DNA of 62,962 nt, filler included, from Octopus bimaculoides (GCF_001194135.2; 3 parts of 3 records of this genome joined end to end with filler, not necessarily neighbours in it), one strand, 5' to 3'; shown: positions 1 through 11,766, counted from the whole stretch's first letter. The notes: generated from the letters alone by a model not told the origin. Made by a program: numbers and translations.

Positions 1-429
1 ATAAATACAGCATGTCCATAAAATCACCTTCATAACTATACATGATAGAATTTATCTCTAAAAAGGATAAGAAAGAAGAATAGCCTAAATTTTTATTCAT
101 CTTGTTAATTTTTAACATGCCCACCACCTTTACTAATACTAAGAGAAATATGATTGTGTAGTTCTCGGTAAACATTTTCTCTCTGATTTTCAGTAGCAAC
201 ATCAGTTAATCAGTTATTCTGATTAATACTTTGTAGCTCTTAGCTCCGGCATTTGAAACTCTGAGTCCTATTATGACAATTTACTAATTGTCCTAAACTA
301 TACATATATAAATTCCTCTATTTACCTAATATCGAGGTCTCATTCTTTTGTTGTCATTTTATTATTATTATTATTATTATTATTTTATATATATATATAT
401 TTGTTTTCCAAGATTGTGTTGAAATAGAT

Positions 430-785
430 ATTGTTATGCTTAGGGATGGTCATATTTTGCCAATTAAGCACACACACTGTATATTTGGTTTTCACTTCAG
501 CTTTATTATTATTATTATTGTTATTATTATTATTATTTTAGTTTCTTTGTTAAAGCTCTTTCATTACACATCCTGTAACCCCTTCAGCAGCTCTTTATCC
601 CACCTGTGGACTAAGCAGAACAGGAGGAGACAAGTGGGACAAAGAGTCGCTGAAGAGGTTACAGGATGTGTGACGAAAGAGCTTTGACAAAGAAACTGTA
701 ATGATAATAATAATTTGAAGTGAAGACAAAATATATAGTGCATGTGTTTAATTGGCAAAATATGACCATCCCCAAGTATAACAAT
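430..785. repeat. ~350-bp imperfect palindrome (inverted duplication of a Penelope-like pseudo-LTR fragment)
   Basis: Arm 430-607 is the reverse complement of 630-785 apart from scattered substitutions and (ATT)n length; 22-nt loop. Confidence 0.9.
646..688 (+). ncRNA. Minimal type I hammerhead ribozyme motif, intact core
   Basis: GTCG-CTGAAGA-G-GTTAC(AGGATGT)GTGAC-GAAA-GAGC-T-T-TGAC. Confidence 0.6.
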
Positions 786-976
786 GTGTGGGTGTGTGTA
801 TTATAGTAGCTTATAATTGTGTATATTTTCTTCTACATATACACAAATATCTTTGTAAGAAGTATCTCTTGAAATACTCCATTTAATTATTAACCAGCTA
901 ATACATTTAAACATGCTCTATCACTAAAATCTATCGACATTTGTTGAACTGATTCTTTGTATTTCACTGTTTACAG

Positions 977-1075
977 TATGAAATCTTTGGTCATTCTGGA
1001 GAGAACTATGACACCTCCTTTGTGAAAGCCGATCAACCTCCGAAGAACAACAAAGAGAGACTTGTTGTTTTAAAG
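977..1075 (+). CDS. VWA8: VWA8 internal coding exon (C-terminal VWA domain), phase 0 to 0
   Basis: tttacag|TAT...AAG|gtattg; 99 nt open: YEIFGHSGENYDTSFVKADQPPKNNKERLVVLK, matching the VWA8 segment I recall as YDIVGHSGDG...PKDNKQRLEILK. Not in the ORF track. Confidence 0.92.
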
Positions 1076-1157
1076 GTATTGTGTCTACCCTTTTGATACC
1101 GTCCCCAGCCCCAAACTGCCCCTGGTTCTATGATACAAGCTTCCTGTTTTAGTGTGG

Positions 1158-1455
1158 TCATCATCATCATTATTGTTTGTCTGCCTTCCTTGCTGGCATG
1201 GATTGGATGATTTGACAGGAGCCAGCTATTTAGAAGACTACACCAGGCTACTGTGTCTGTTTTAGCATGGTTTTTACAACTGGATGCCCTTCCTAACACC
1301 AGTCACCTCACAGAATGGACTGAGTGCTTTTTATGTGGCACCAGCACAGGCGAGGTCAGTTTTGGCATGGTTTTTACAGTTAAGTACCCTTCTAAATGCC
1401 AACCACTTCACAGTGTGCACTGGATGCTTTTTACATAGTACCAGAAAGCACCCAG
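1158..1455 (-). mobile_element. Family A (RTE-tail SINE-like), internally duplicated subfamily
   Basis: (CAT)n then CTGGATGCCCTTCCTAAC; mirrored copy at 42262-42512. Confidence 0.75.
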
Positions 1456-1479
1456 TCCACACTATGTTAAAACCTTTAA

Positions 1480-1694
1480 CCCTTTAGTATTCAGATTAGT
1501 CTGTAAAATGCTTATTTATTCAATTTAGTTTGAATTAATTTTGTATTATCTCATACTTTTGAGATTTCAATGATGTGATAGTTTATTTTTAGAAGTACAT
1601 TGTATGATAAGTGTGAGAGGCCAGATCTGACTGGTTTGAATATAAAACAGGTTAAATACTTGGGTTTGATGTGGCTAGTTTAAATGCCAAAGGG
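1480..1694. mobile_element. piggyBac-type MITE family 1
   Basis: TTAA (1476-79) CCCTTTAGTATT...AATGCCAAAGGG TTAA (1695-98). Confidence 0.8.
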
Positions 1695-2323
1695 TTAATC
1701 AAAATGAATTTCGTGTAAATTTATGTTCCAAACATAAGCTTGATAATGACAAAGTTATTTTATTAAATTCTTCCTTATTTTAAAATTAATTGAAACAAAT
1801 GTAGTGTACTTAAACAGGAATATGATTATAATGAAAGATTTAATGGTGTAGTTCCTGAGGTGGGGAGGGGGCAGAGTTAAGACTTGTCAACTATTTAAAT
1901 GAATTGTTATTAATAAATTTCTAATTCATTTTAGAATATTAACCTCTTCCTTAGAGATCTTTTATCTTTTACTTGTTTTGGTCATTGGACTGCGGCCATA
2001 CTTAGGCACTGTCTTGAAAGGTTTAGTCGAACAAATCAACCCCTGCGCTTATTATTTTTTCAAGTTTAGTACTTATTTTACTGGTCTCTTTTGCTGAACC
2101 ATTTAGTTACAGGGATGTAAACAAACCAACATTTTTTGTCAAGCAATGACTGGGACATACATATAGACACACACACACATGCATGCACATAAACTTTTAC
2201 TCAGTTTCTGTCTACCAAATTCACTCACAGGCTTTAATCAGTCTGGGGCTATAGTAGAAGACATTTCTTTAAGCTGATGTGCAGTGGGACTGAACCGGAA
2301 ACCTGGCATGTGGTAACTAGTGC

Positions 2324-2369
2324 TTCCTGCTGATGAGGTCAAATAGACTGAAATCATGTGATATGAGAA
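2324..2369 (+). ncRNA. Minimal type I hammerhead ribozyme motif, intact core, weak stem I
   Basis: CTGATGA-GGTC(AAATA)GACT-GAAA-TCA(TG)TGA-T-A. Confidence 0.55.
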
Positions 2370-2705
2370 TTCTGGCACCTTTGACAGATGAATTTCATTT
2401 GCTAAGATCTATGTGTGTGCTTTTATGCCCCAAACATCTATATGAGAGGGTCTCTCAAGATTAATAATGCAGTATTTGGTGTTCTCACGATACATCTATA
2501 TAAAGTTGGATGTAAAGATTACCTTTTGGTATTAATACTGTTTCCATCCTTAATAATTTATTATGAAACCATGTAGTTGCAAAGTGAGTTTCTTAACCAC
2601 TCATCCATTCCTGTGCCCATAGATGAAAGCATTTTAATCCATTTGATCTCCAATTATCATCATACATTATTATTATCGTTGTTTTTTGTTGTTACTGTAT
2701 TACAG

Positions 2706-2944
2706 ACCATGCATGCACACTCACAGTTCTGCCTGAGCGGAGACAACACTTTAGAAGCAACGAAGCATGCTATCGACTCAGTTGCCAAAGAAGAAGCTGA
2801 TGAGCACTTTGTCATCATCCTAAGTGATGCCAACTTTGAACGATATGGTATCAGTGCTAAGAAGTTCTCAGAACTGCTCACCGAAAACAAGGAAGTGAAT
2901 GCTTTTGCCATTTTCATTGGATCTCTTGGAGACCAGGCTGTCAG
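2706..2944 (+). CDS. VWA8: VWA8 penultimate coding exon, phase 0 to 2
   Basis: tacag|ACC...CAG|gtaagg; TMHAHSQFCLSGDNTLEATKHAIDSVAKEEADEHFVIILSDANFERYGISAKKFSELLTENKEVNAFAIFIGSLGDQAV(R), a recognisable VWA8 C-terminus. Confidence 0.95.
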
Positions 2945-3189
2945 GTAAGGGCAAGCTCTTTAGCATTATCAAGAATTATAATTTTAGTTTGTCTTCACAT
3001 ATTAAAAAAATTACAGCTGAGATTACTGTTGAGATCATCCTAATCATCATCATCATCATTGCTTTAATGTCCACTTTTTCATGCTTGCATGGCTCAGAGT
3101 TTAGTGAGGCAGATATTCTATGGCCTGTTACCCTTCCTGTCACCAACTCTCACCTATTTCCAAGCAGTGGGTAGCCACAACAAGACCAC

Positions 3190-4385
3190 CAGGCATTCCA
3201 TTCATTTCCCAGCTCAAAGAGGTGAGCCCGTGAGTCAAGGCATAGAATGCAACCCCCATTTATCAGTAGTGGGATATGACAGCATATGCTGGTTTACTTA
3301 TCCCTGCCGCTTCATGCTGGTTTTGTGCCCCTTTGAGCAACATCAAATTCACTCATCCGTCCATAAACACTCTCCAAGGTTTCTTATTTATAAACTCTCT
3401 TGCCTCTCTCACTCCAACACCTCTAACCACCAAAGCTTTTCTCACTCCATCCATCTACACAAACCGAGGTCTACCTCTGGTTCTACTGCCTACCACTTCT
3501 GCCTTCATCACCCTCCTTACCATCTGCTCCTCATCCATCCTCTCCATGTGACCAAACCACCTCAACATTCGTCTATCCATTTCGGTTGTTAGTTTTCTCT
3601 CATTCCTGGTCACCTTCACATCTCCTCATTCCTCATCCTGTCAATGTGTGTCACACCAACCATAGCCCTCAAACATCTCATATCAAACACGTCTAGTCAC
3701 CTCTTTTCCACCTCTCTCAGCCCCCACGTCTCTGCACCATATAATATTGTTGGCACAATCACACCTTCATACACACCTCTTTTCGCTTTCATACTCATCC
3801 TTTTATCTCTCAGCATACCTTTCACAACTCCAAGAATCTTACTCTTCTCCCTCACTCTATATCCTACTTCCTCAGCCAATCTGCCGTCACATGTGATCCC
3901 AGATACTTGAAACCACTCACCTCCTCTAACATCTCATCACTTATACTCACATCCATCCTACCAGCCCTTCCATCTCTCGAACATCTCATCACCTTATTCT
4001 TAGCTACATTCACTTTCAGTTTCCTCCTCTCACACATTCTTCTAAACTCTATCACCAGTCTCCTCAGTTACTCTTCCGAATCTGCCTCTATCATCAGCAA
4101 ACAGCAACTGACTCATCTGCCGTTTCTCTCCGTTTTCTCCCACCATTTGGGTTCCCCTACCAAAGGTTCTATCATTTACCTCTCTCACCACAACATCCAC
4201 ATATAAATTAAACAGCCATGGAGACATCACACAACCCTGTCTTAACCCCACCTTCATATCGAACGACTCACTTACTTCACCACCCACCCTAATGCACACC
4301 CTACTTTATAAAAAACTCTGTACAGCTCTCAACAATCTACTCCATACAACTGCAACACCTGCCACATTGCATCTTTATCCACCTG
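3190..4385 (-). mobile_element. RTE-clade LINE, 3' RT half, frameshifted
   Basis: GLRQGCVMSPWLFNLY, QLLFADD, FKYLGSHV, VIVPTILYGAETW, LRWFGHMERM, RGRPR. Confidence 0.9.
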
Positions 4386-4970
4386 GTGCAGCCATCTGGC
4401 TCGCCAGTCCTCAGTCAAACCGTCCAACCCATGCCCACATGGAAAGCGGACGTTAAACGATGATGATGATATATATATATATATATATATATTTGTATAT
4501 AATGTATTGATGTATAGCTGAGTGTATATCTAAGTGTGTGCATCTGTATGTGTGTGTAGAAAGCTAGACAATTAAATCTCTTCTCTGTTTTTATGTGGGA
4601 TATATGATTTGATATCTGTGGATCACTGACTTTGTGCCCACTGAGAATTGGAGACATTTGCTTGGATACCTATACCACAATATACAATGCTGCATTTCAT
4701 AATCTCCATTACCTTCCCTCTCTCTCTCTCTCTCTCACAACACACACACACACACACACACACTCACACACAGAGGCAGAGAGAGAGAGAGAGAGTCTCT
4801 ACAATAATTTTTTGAAGCATGTGATTTAATGGTTTCTCTCATAAAAACTATAGGGATATATGTGTATGTGTGCATGCATGTATTAATTTGCAAGCATAAC
4901 AACTGTGTGTGCTGTGTGCATATATATGTATATAGATGTGTTTATGTATATATATATGTGTGTGTGTGTT

Positions 4971-5024
<54 letters not shown>

Positions 5025-5406
5025 TATATATACGTACATANNNNNNNNNNACACACACATATATATACGTACATACAGACATATATATGTTTATATATAT
5101 ATATAATCATATACATAAATTTTCTATAAAATGAGTGCGTGGGAAAAGAGTGTGTATTATGGATGTATAAATATTTATTTATCTCTTATAAAATTATCTA
5201 TTTATAAATACGTACACACAGATTTATATATTTATATATATGTGTGTCAGAGTTTGTGTGTGTGTGTGTGTGTGTGTTTCTATGTTTATGTGAGAGAGAA
5301 AGACCATTGTTTGTGAAGACAAAGTACTTACTTTAGAGGACCAAATTAAATGCATCTAATTTTTGAAATATTATTCTTTCTTTTTTTTTATTGTTTTCCT
5401 TTCTAG

Positions 5407-5515
5407 GTTGACAAAGCAGCTTCCAATGGGCCGAGCTTTTGTGTGCATGGATACAGACAAACTACCTCAGATATTACAACAGATATTCTCGTCAACAATG
5501 TTATCGTCGGACTGA
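5407..5515 (+). CDS. VWA8: VWA8 last coding exon, with TGA at 5513-5515
   Basis: ttttctag|G completes Arg, then LTKQLPMGRAFVCMDTDKLPQILQQIFSSTMLSSD*; phase joins the previous exon and matches the VWA8 ending PQILQQIFTSTMLSS. Confidence 0.95.
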
Positions 5516-5879
5516 TGACAAGGAAGCAATGCATGTCATGCCGTTTAGAACTTTCTTATTTGATAGCATTAAAGATGCACGGGCATTTTAGATGCACTCT
5601 AATTTCAACAGCACATATTCAGGAGATAAAGATTTTAGTGCATTAACGCTTATGGGAAGCCCAACTTTGTATATAAGACCCAAAGTGATTTTTTTTAGAC
5701 ATTTTTTGGTGGGAAAATAGTATGTCCTATATGCCATTAAATACAGTTTTCTATGAACTGCTAAACTGTGGTGACAAGCAATCACATTTTATAACTCTAC
5801 TACTAAGTCAACTTTGCATTTTTTTTCCAGCTTATACCATTTTTACAAACTACATCACTTATCACAAACCAACGAGGGA

Positions 5880-7200
5880 GGATCTCTATGTGGTCTGGTT
5901 ACTCGACCTGTTAGAAATTGTAACTTAAGTCTCCCTCAGATTGTACCAAGCTGTCTTAACCCTTTATCATTCAAACTGGTCATATCCAGTTCTACCAGAT
6001 GTTCTACCAGTTTTATGTCCAAACTGGCCATATGTGGCCTCTCACACTTACTCTTCAATGTCATTCTAAAAATATATAATCACATCATTGAAAACTCAAA
6101 GCTTTGAGATAATGTACGATTAATTCAAAACAAAGCGAATAAATAAGTATCAAATAAATAAATGTTACATCTGAATGATAAAGGGGTTAATTTGAAAGGA
6201 CATATTGGATTAAGTCATTCTGAATGTTTGCATATTGGAAAAAGATGGTATTGGTATGGATGGAATGCCTTTGATTGTTCTCCTTGGTCAAAGATGACCT
6301 GTAGTTAAACAACAATGGCAACAAAAATAACCACATCATCATCATCATCACTACACGCAAGACAATGAAAGGAAGCCTTTTTGTGGTCACTTGATCTGCT
6401 AGGAAAAGTAACTAAATCTCTTTCAAATCATCTGATTGACTTAAAAAAATAGTGGCTGCTTCTCTAATATGGTCTTGGTTTCCTTTCCTTGTATAGAGGA
6501 AAAAGGCAAGATGGGCATATCTGGATTACCTTTAATCATAGGGTTTTTTTTCCATCAGTGCTAAACTAAGGCTAAACAACAACAACAACAAGTCAATGAC
6601 GTAGCCTCTACAGTGTCACTTGGCCAACTAGAAAAGGCTGTGTAAACTTTCTGTAAATATTCCTGATTGATTTTAAAAAGGGAAGAATACATATGTATCC
6701 AAGATAAGAAGTCGTAAGTACATTCATACTTTTAAATGAAAAGAAAAAAAGAAGGGATGGTCATGGCTGGGATGTCTTCTATTAAATGCCTTCTCAATCA
6801 GAATTAATGTAGGACTAAACAACTGCAGTAGGGACTTTCCTACACACAAACCAATGAGAGGGCTTCTACGTGGTCACTCAAAATGTGGGGGAAAGCAGTC
6901 AATTATCTCCTAAGTCATATCTTAATGTCTTTAAAAAAATGAGAAGGAAGAAGATATTGGCAAATGTAGTTCTAGATATTCCAATGTCTGAATATAAGAT
7001 GGTGAGGTCATGGCTGGAATGTCTGTTTGATTAGGATTAACCTGCAGCTAAACTACATCACTACCTTGTTTCATTTGAACCATTTGGATTATGCCTGAAT
7101 AAACAATGAGACATATGATGTCATTGATCATATGTTTGTCAACCCAGTTAAGGCTGACCTGTGGCTAAATACATATTTGGAACAAATAATACTGGCAGTG
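5880..7200 (+). repeat. Tandem cluster of old ~250-bp interspersed repeat (family F, AAC tail)
   Basis: Recurrent ATGGTCATGGCTGGAATG and CTAAACAAC motifs; further copies at 13520-14230 (+) and 7565-7680 (-). Confidence 0.65.
5960..6186. mobile_element. piggyBac-type MITE family 1, inserted in an older repeat
   Basis: TTAA at 5956-59 and 6187-90, CCCTTT TIRs; the host repeat resumes after the insert. Confidence 0.85.
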
Positions 7201-7702
7201 CTCAGTTAATGCTGTTATTATTTGTAGTAGTAAGGGTTGGGGAATAGCAGAAGGGCTACATTAGTAGGGCCAAGACTTGAAGAAATGAGTCACTCAAGAG
7301 TCCAAATCTTGCTACATTCAAATTTTTCTTACCTCTTCCTCTCTCTCTCTCTCCTTTTTTTTCTCTATTTGATAAATTGTCAGACATTTTTTTTTAACAT
7401 TTCCTTCATGGTATTAGTCAATCTAGAGCTATAGGAAGAAATATTTAATGTGCCCATACAGCAGGAATGACCCTGGAACCATTTGGTTGCAAAAGAAACT
7501 TCTGAACCAGTTCTGTCTGCACCTCTTTTTATATAAAAAAAATTTTTTTAAATAGTGAAGTACATATGTTGTTTGGTCCCAAGTCAACCGTGGCTGAGCA
7601 AATCTGTGATAAAAAGACATTGCAACCACGACCATCCTGTCTTTTTGTATATCTAAGAGTAAAGTGCATTCTTCATTTTATAATGGCTAGTGTGTGCTTT
7701 AA

Positions 7703-7906
7703 CCCTTTAGCATTTAAACCAGCCATATACATCCAAAATATTTTACCTGCTTTATGTTCAAATCAGCTAGATTCTGGTCTCGCACACCTATGCTTTAAAT
7801 AAGCAATCACATCATCAAAATCGCAGAGCAATGAGGCAATGCAAGACTAATTCATATCAATATGAATAAGTATTACATTTGACAGAGAAATCTGAATGCT
7901 AAAGGG
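7703..7906. mobile_element. piggyBac-type MITE family 1
   Basis: TTAA-CCCTTTAGCATT...AATGCTAAAGGG-TTAA; a partial copy starts at 8430. Confidence 0.85.
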
Positions 7907-8649
7907 TTAAGGGAAATTTGATTGCTATTTCTAGCAAATCAAGTAATTATATAAGGCTCCCTTGTTGATGATTGTGGTGATTATTGTAGTGGTACTGTTG
8001 GGAATTTCTGGAAATTCTTTGACTGTTGACCAATTTTGTTTTACCTTTTTTTTAAAAAAATTGTGAATACATTTTGTAAGCTGAAAATAAATTTTAAATT
8101 GTTAAGATTAAACTATTGGTGAATTATTGGTAAATTCTTGACTTTTATGTCAGTTCTGTTTCTTTATTGTACCAAAGTTGATACCAAAGTTTGTCCATGT
8201 AAACATACATGAATCTCGATTTTCTTCATTTTAACCCTTTTACTCTAGAAAGCAGATCTATTCACTCAAAATTTCCTTTACCTTAAGTGCAGAAAGTAGT
8301 TTTATATACCAATCTATCTTTTGTTGAGAAATGTCATATTTGAGACTATTTTCTGTTGAGATATGTCAACATTATTTAAATAACATGACTTGTAGAAAAT
8401 ACCAGTTCTATTTTTTGGTAGATATTTAACCCTTTAGCAATTAAACTGGCCATATCCGCCCTAAATATTCTGCATGTAACACCTGAAGAAGCATACACAT
8501 TGTAATGGAGGAAAACTTGAAATTCATAGCCATTATGAATAATCTTAACTAATATCATGTGAATATGAAAAACTCCTACACTTATGAACATGTGAGATGT
8601 AGAAACATATGTCATGATAAATTGATAAAGCCCAAAACAAAAATTAAAT

Positions 8650-8691
<42 letters not shown>

Positions 8692-8699
8692 GTTCTCAA

Positions 8700-8925
8700 A
8701 TTGCACTGTCCTCAGATTGACACCCAAATGCTCTGAAATGTTCGTATTGGAGCTTCCGGGGCAAATGTCAAGCAGTACAGCATGTTGTTTCTAAATTTCT
8801 GGCAAACTGAATTGCATCATGGTGCTGTTTTTCTCACAGATGGTGCCCAACTGACCCTACTATACTGTGTAGTCAACAAAATCCAAAACAAACAACGCAC
8901 ATGCACAAAATGAAAATTATTAAAA
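8700..8925 (-). mobile_element. 5' fragment of the maT/DD37D-type mariner
   Basis: Homologous to 40600-40760; encodes PEI*KQHAVLLDICPGSSNTNISEHLGVNLRTVQ. Confidence 0.7.
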
Positions 8926-8936
8926 TNNNNNNNNNN

Positions 8937-8971
<35 letters not shown>

Positions 8972-9931
8972 GGATATATATGTACATAACAGTAGACACA
9001 GTCAGTGTTCTAGCTAAGCTGGGGAGACATTTTACAATCAGCACACAAAGGTAAAATGTGCACGCATGCAGGTTGCATTAACAGAAGAAATTTTCATGAT
9101 GGATGCACACATATTTTGCTGAGAAAGACAAACTTTACATACAAATAAACTTCTATGTACACTCACAGCAAAAACTTAAAGGCAATATTAGACAATATAA
9201 TACTACTGCAGACTACTCTGGACTATGAAACAGATTAACTACAGAGTCATATATAATAGTTGACACTGCATAGTATCACTAATTGTTATGAACTGTGAAA
9301 GCAGCTAATTAATAGACTCATCATCATCATTGTCGTCGTCATCATTTAACTTCTCCTTTTCCATGCTAGCATGGATTGGACAATTCAACAAAATATAAAT
9401 GAGCCAGAGTGCTGCGCCAGGTTCTATGTCTGCTTTGTCATGGTTTCTATAACTGGATGCCTTTCCTTATGCCAACCACATAACAGAGTGTGCTGGGTGC
9501 TTTTTACATGGCACCAGTACCAGTGAGATTCCAAAGTACCTGCAAGACTAAGGCCCCTCAACTGTTTGGGGTATAGAATGGAGGGATAAGAAACTATAAT
9601 AGAGGAACAAGAGCAGATGTCTGGCTGAAGAGGTGAATACATGAATATATAATTAATGGTTTCATATTTTGACACAAGAGCAGTATTTTGGGGAGGGAGT
9701 TAGCCAATACTATCGACCCTAGTATTTAACTGGTATTTTAACTTATCAATCCCTAAAAGATGGAAAGCAAAATTGGTCCCAGCAAGATTTGAACTCAGAA
9801 TGAAAAGAGCCAAAATAAATGCTGTAGAAACTATGCCAAATCAGACTGGAACTTGGTGTAGCTCTCCGGCTTACCAGTTTCAGTCAAACTGTCTAACCCA
9901 TGCCAGCATGGAAACCAGACGCTAAATGATG

Positions 9932-9966
<35 letters not shown>

Positions 9967-10339
9967 AGGTCCTCCTTTTGTTTAAGCTGAGTGTGGGTTT
10001 TTTCTTTAAGATGCAGTTCTAGGAAAGGCATGAATGACACAGCTTAGCACCTGTGTCTTTGCAGAAGTTGCAGTTAGAAAGCGAAGAACCAGAAGGAATG
10101 CCGCTATGCATCCTATTCCATGCTACAAAAATTCCACCAATCCACTTCTCTGGATTGGTACTTATTTTATTGGCTTCAAAGGAATGAGCCGGAGGGCTGA
10201 CCTGCACGGGATTTGATCTTAGAGCAGAGAGAATTGGAACAAATACCAAAAGGCATTCAAGCCAATTTTTTAACGATCTTACACACACACACACACGCAC
10301 ACACACACACACACACGATGTAAGTGTAAATAATTTATT

Positions 10340-10380
10340 TGTGTGGAATTATATATATATATATGTATGTATGTATATAT

Positions 10381-10431
<51 letters not shown>

Positions 10432-10545
10432 TATATGTACGTATATATGTGTGTATGTATTTGCAAAGGTATTTGTCTATGTGTGTGTATTTCTGTGTGT
10501 GTGTGTGTGTATGTGCATTTGTCTGTGTGTGTGTGTGTGTGCATA
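10340..10545. repeat. Compound (TA)n/(TG)n microsatellite, representative of dozens in the window
   Basis: Seen directly; similar arrays at ~4900-5130, 20700-20860, 21420-21580, 22800-23040, 36330-36480, 41290-41410 and 45600-45780. Confidence 0.95.
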
Positions 10546-11609
10546 AACTGATGAGTCTGTATGTCAGAGTCAAAGTTATAGACTTGTTACTTTTGTCTAT
10601 AGATCTGCTTCCTCCTTCAGTCAGTCTCATATCATTGAAAAGCTATTAAATAATAACTGCAGCAGCAGTAACAACAACAACAAAAACATCAGCAGAAGCA
10701 ACAACAATAATAACTACAACAACAATGACTACAACAACATTTGGAGGGGAGAAAAATCAATCCCAGCATGCATTTCTTTACAGATTTGATTTTCGCCAGC
10801 ATCCTGGCTACAGTACAGCAATGTAACTGTTATCATCAATGTAATGACTATATAGGGTCGGTAAAGTGGTATCATAGTAGTGGGGAAGTGTAATAGATTT
10901 ATGATTGAGCAATGATAGTGGACTGTTGGAAGCAGAGGGAGATATTGTGGTGTTGATGATGGTGTTGCAGTAATGTTGATGTGTTACAACAAGGGGTACA
11001 GCGGCAGGGCTGGACGATAGTGTGTTTTGGGTGAAGTTTTAGAACAGAAGTGCTGTTGTGTTGATAGAGTATTGCTGGCTGCAATGTTAGTGATATGTAA
11101 AAGCAAGAATGCCACAGTGCTGGTGATATATGTTAGGACAGAGATTGTTGGTGTATTGCTGGTAGAGTGTGCAGTAATGCTAGTGGCATGTTACAACTGA
11201 GGTACTGCATGTTAGAGCCAAATTGTTGGTGCGTGTTTTGATGGAGTGGTAGATAAGTGGTACTCAGTGTTGTGAGAGTGTTAAAGTATTAAAGCAAAGA
11301 TGCTTCAGATGGTGGAGAGTTAGGGCAATGTTGGTGGTGTGTTGGAATAGATATATAGTAGTGTTGGTAGAATGTTAGAGTAGACATACTGCAATGTTGA
11401 AGCAGTGGTACAAAAGTGTTGATGAAGTGGGATATGTAGCAGTGTTAGTAGAGTGTTAGAGTAAAAATTCAGCAGTGTTGGTGCAGTGGTACAGAAGTGT
11501 TGACGAAGTGTAAAGTGTTAAGGCAATGTTAGTTGGTGTGGTAGAGCAGAAATATAGAAGTGCTAAAACAATGGTGAAGTAACATAAGAAATTTGCAGAC
11601 AAGCGCAGA

Positions 11610-11763
11610 TGTGGGTGTGTGATAAGAAGTTTGCTTCCCAACCACCAAGTTCTGGGTTCAGTCTCACTGTAAGACATCTTGGGAAAGTGTCTTCAACTAT
11701 AGCTTTGAGGTGACCAAAGCCTTGTGAGTAGATTTGGTGGGCAGAAACTGAAAGAAGCCTATC

Positions 11764-11766
<3 letters not shown>
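11610..11766 (+). mobile_element. Family B tRNA-derived SINE (CORE-like centre)
   Basis: tRNA-like head, CTTGGG(C)AAGTGTCTT, GGAAACTGAAAGAAGCC, then microsatellite. Other copies: 15668-15785, 24703-24860, 49853-50020, 62860-62940. Confidence 0.8.
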
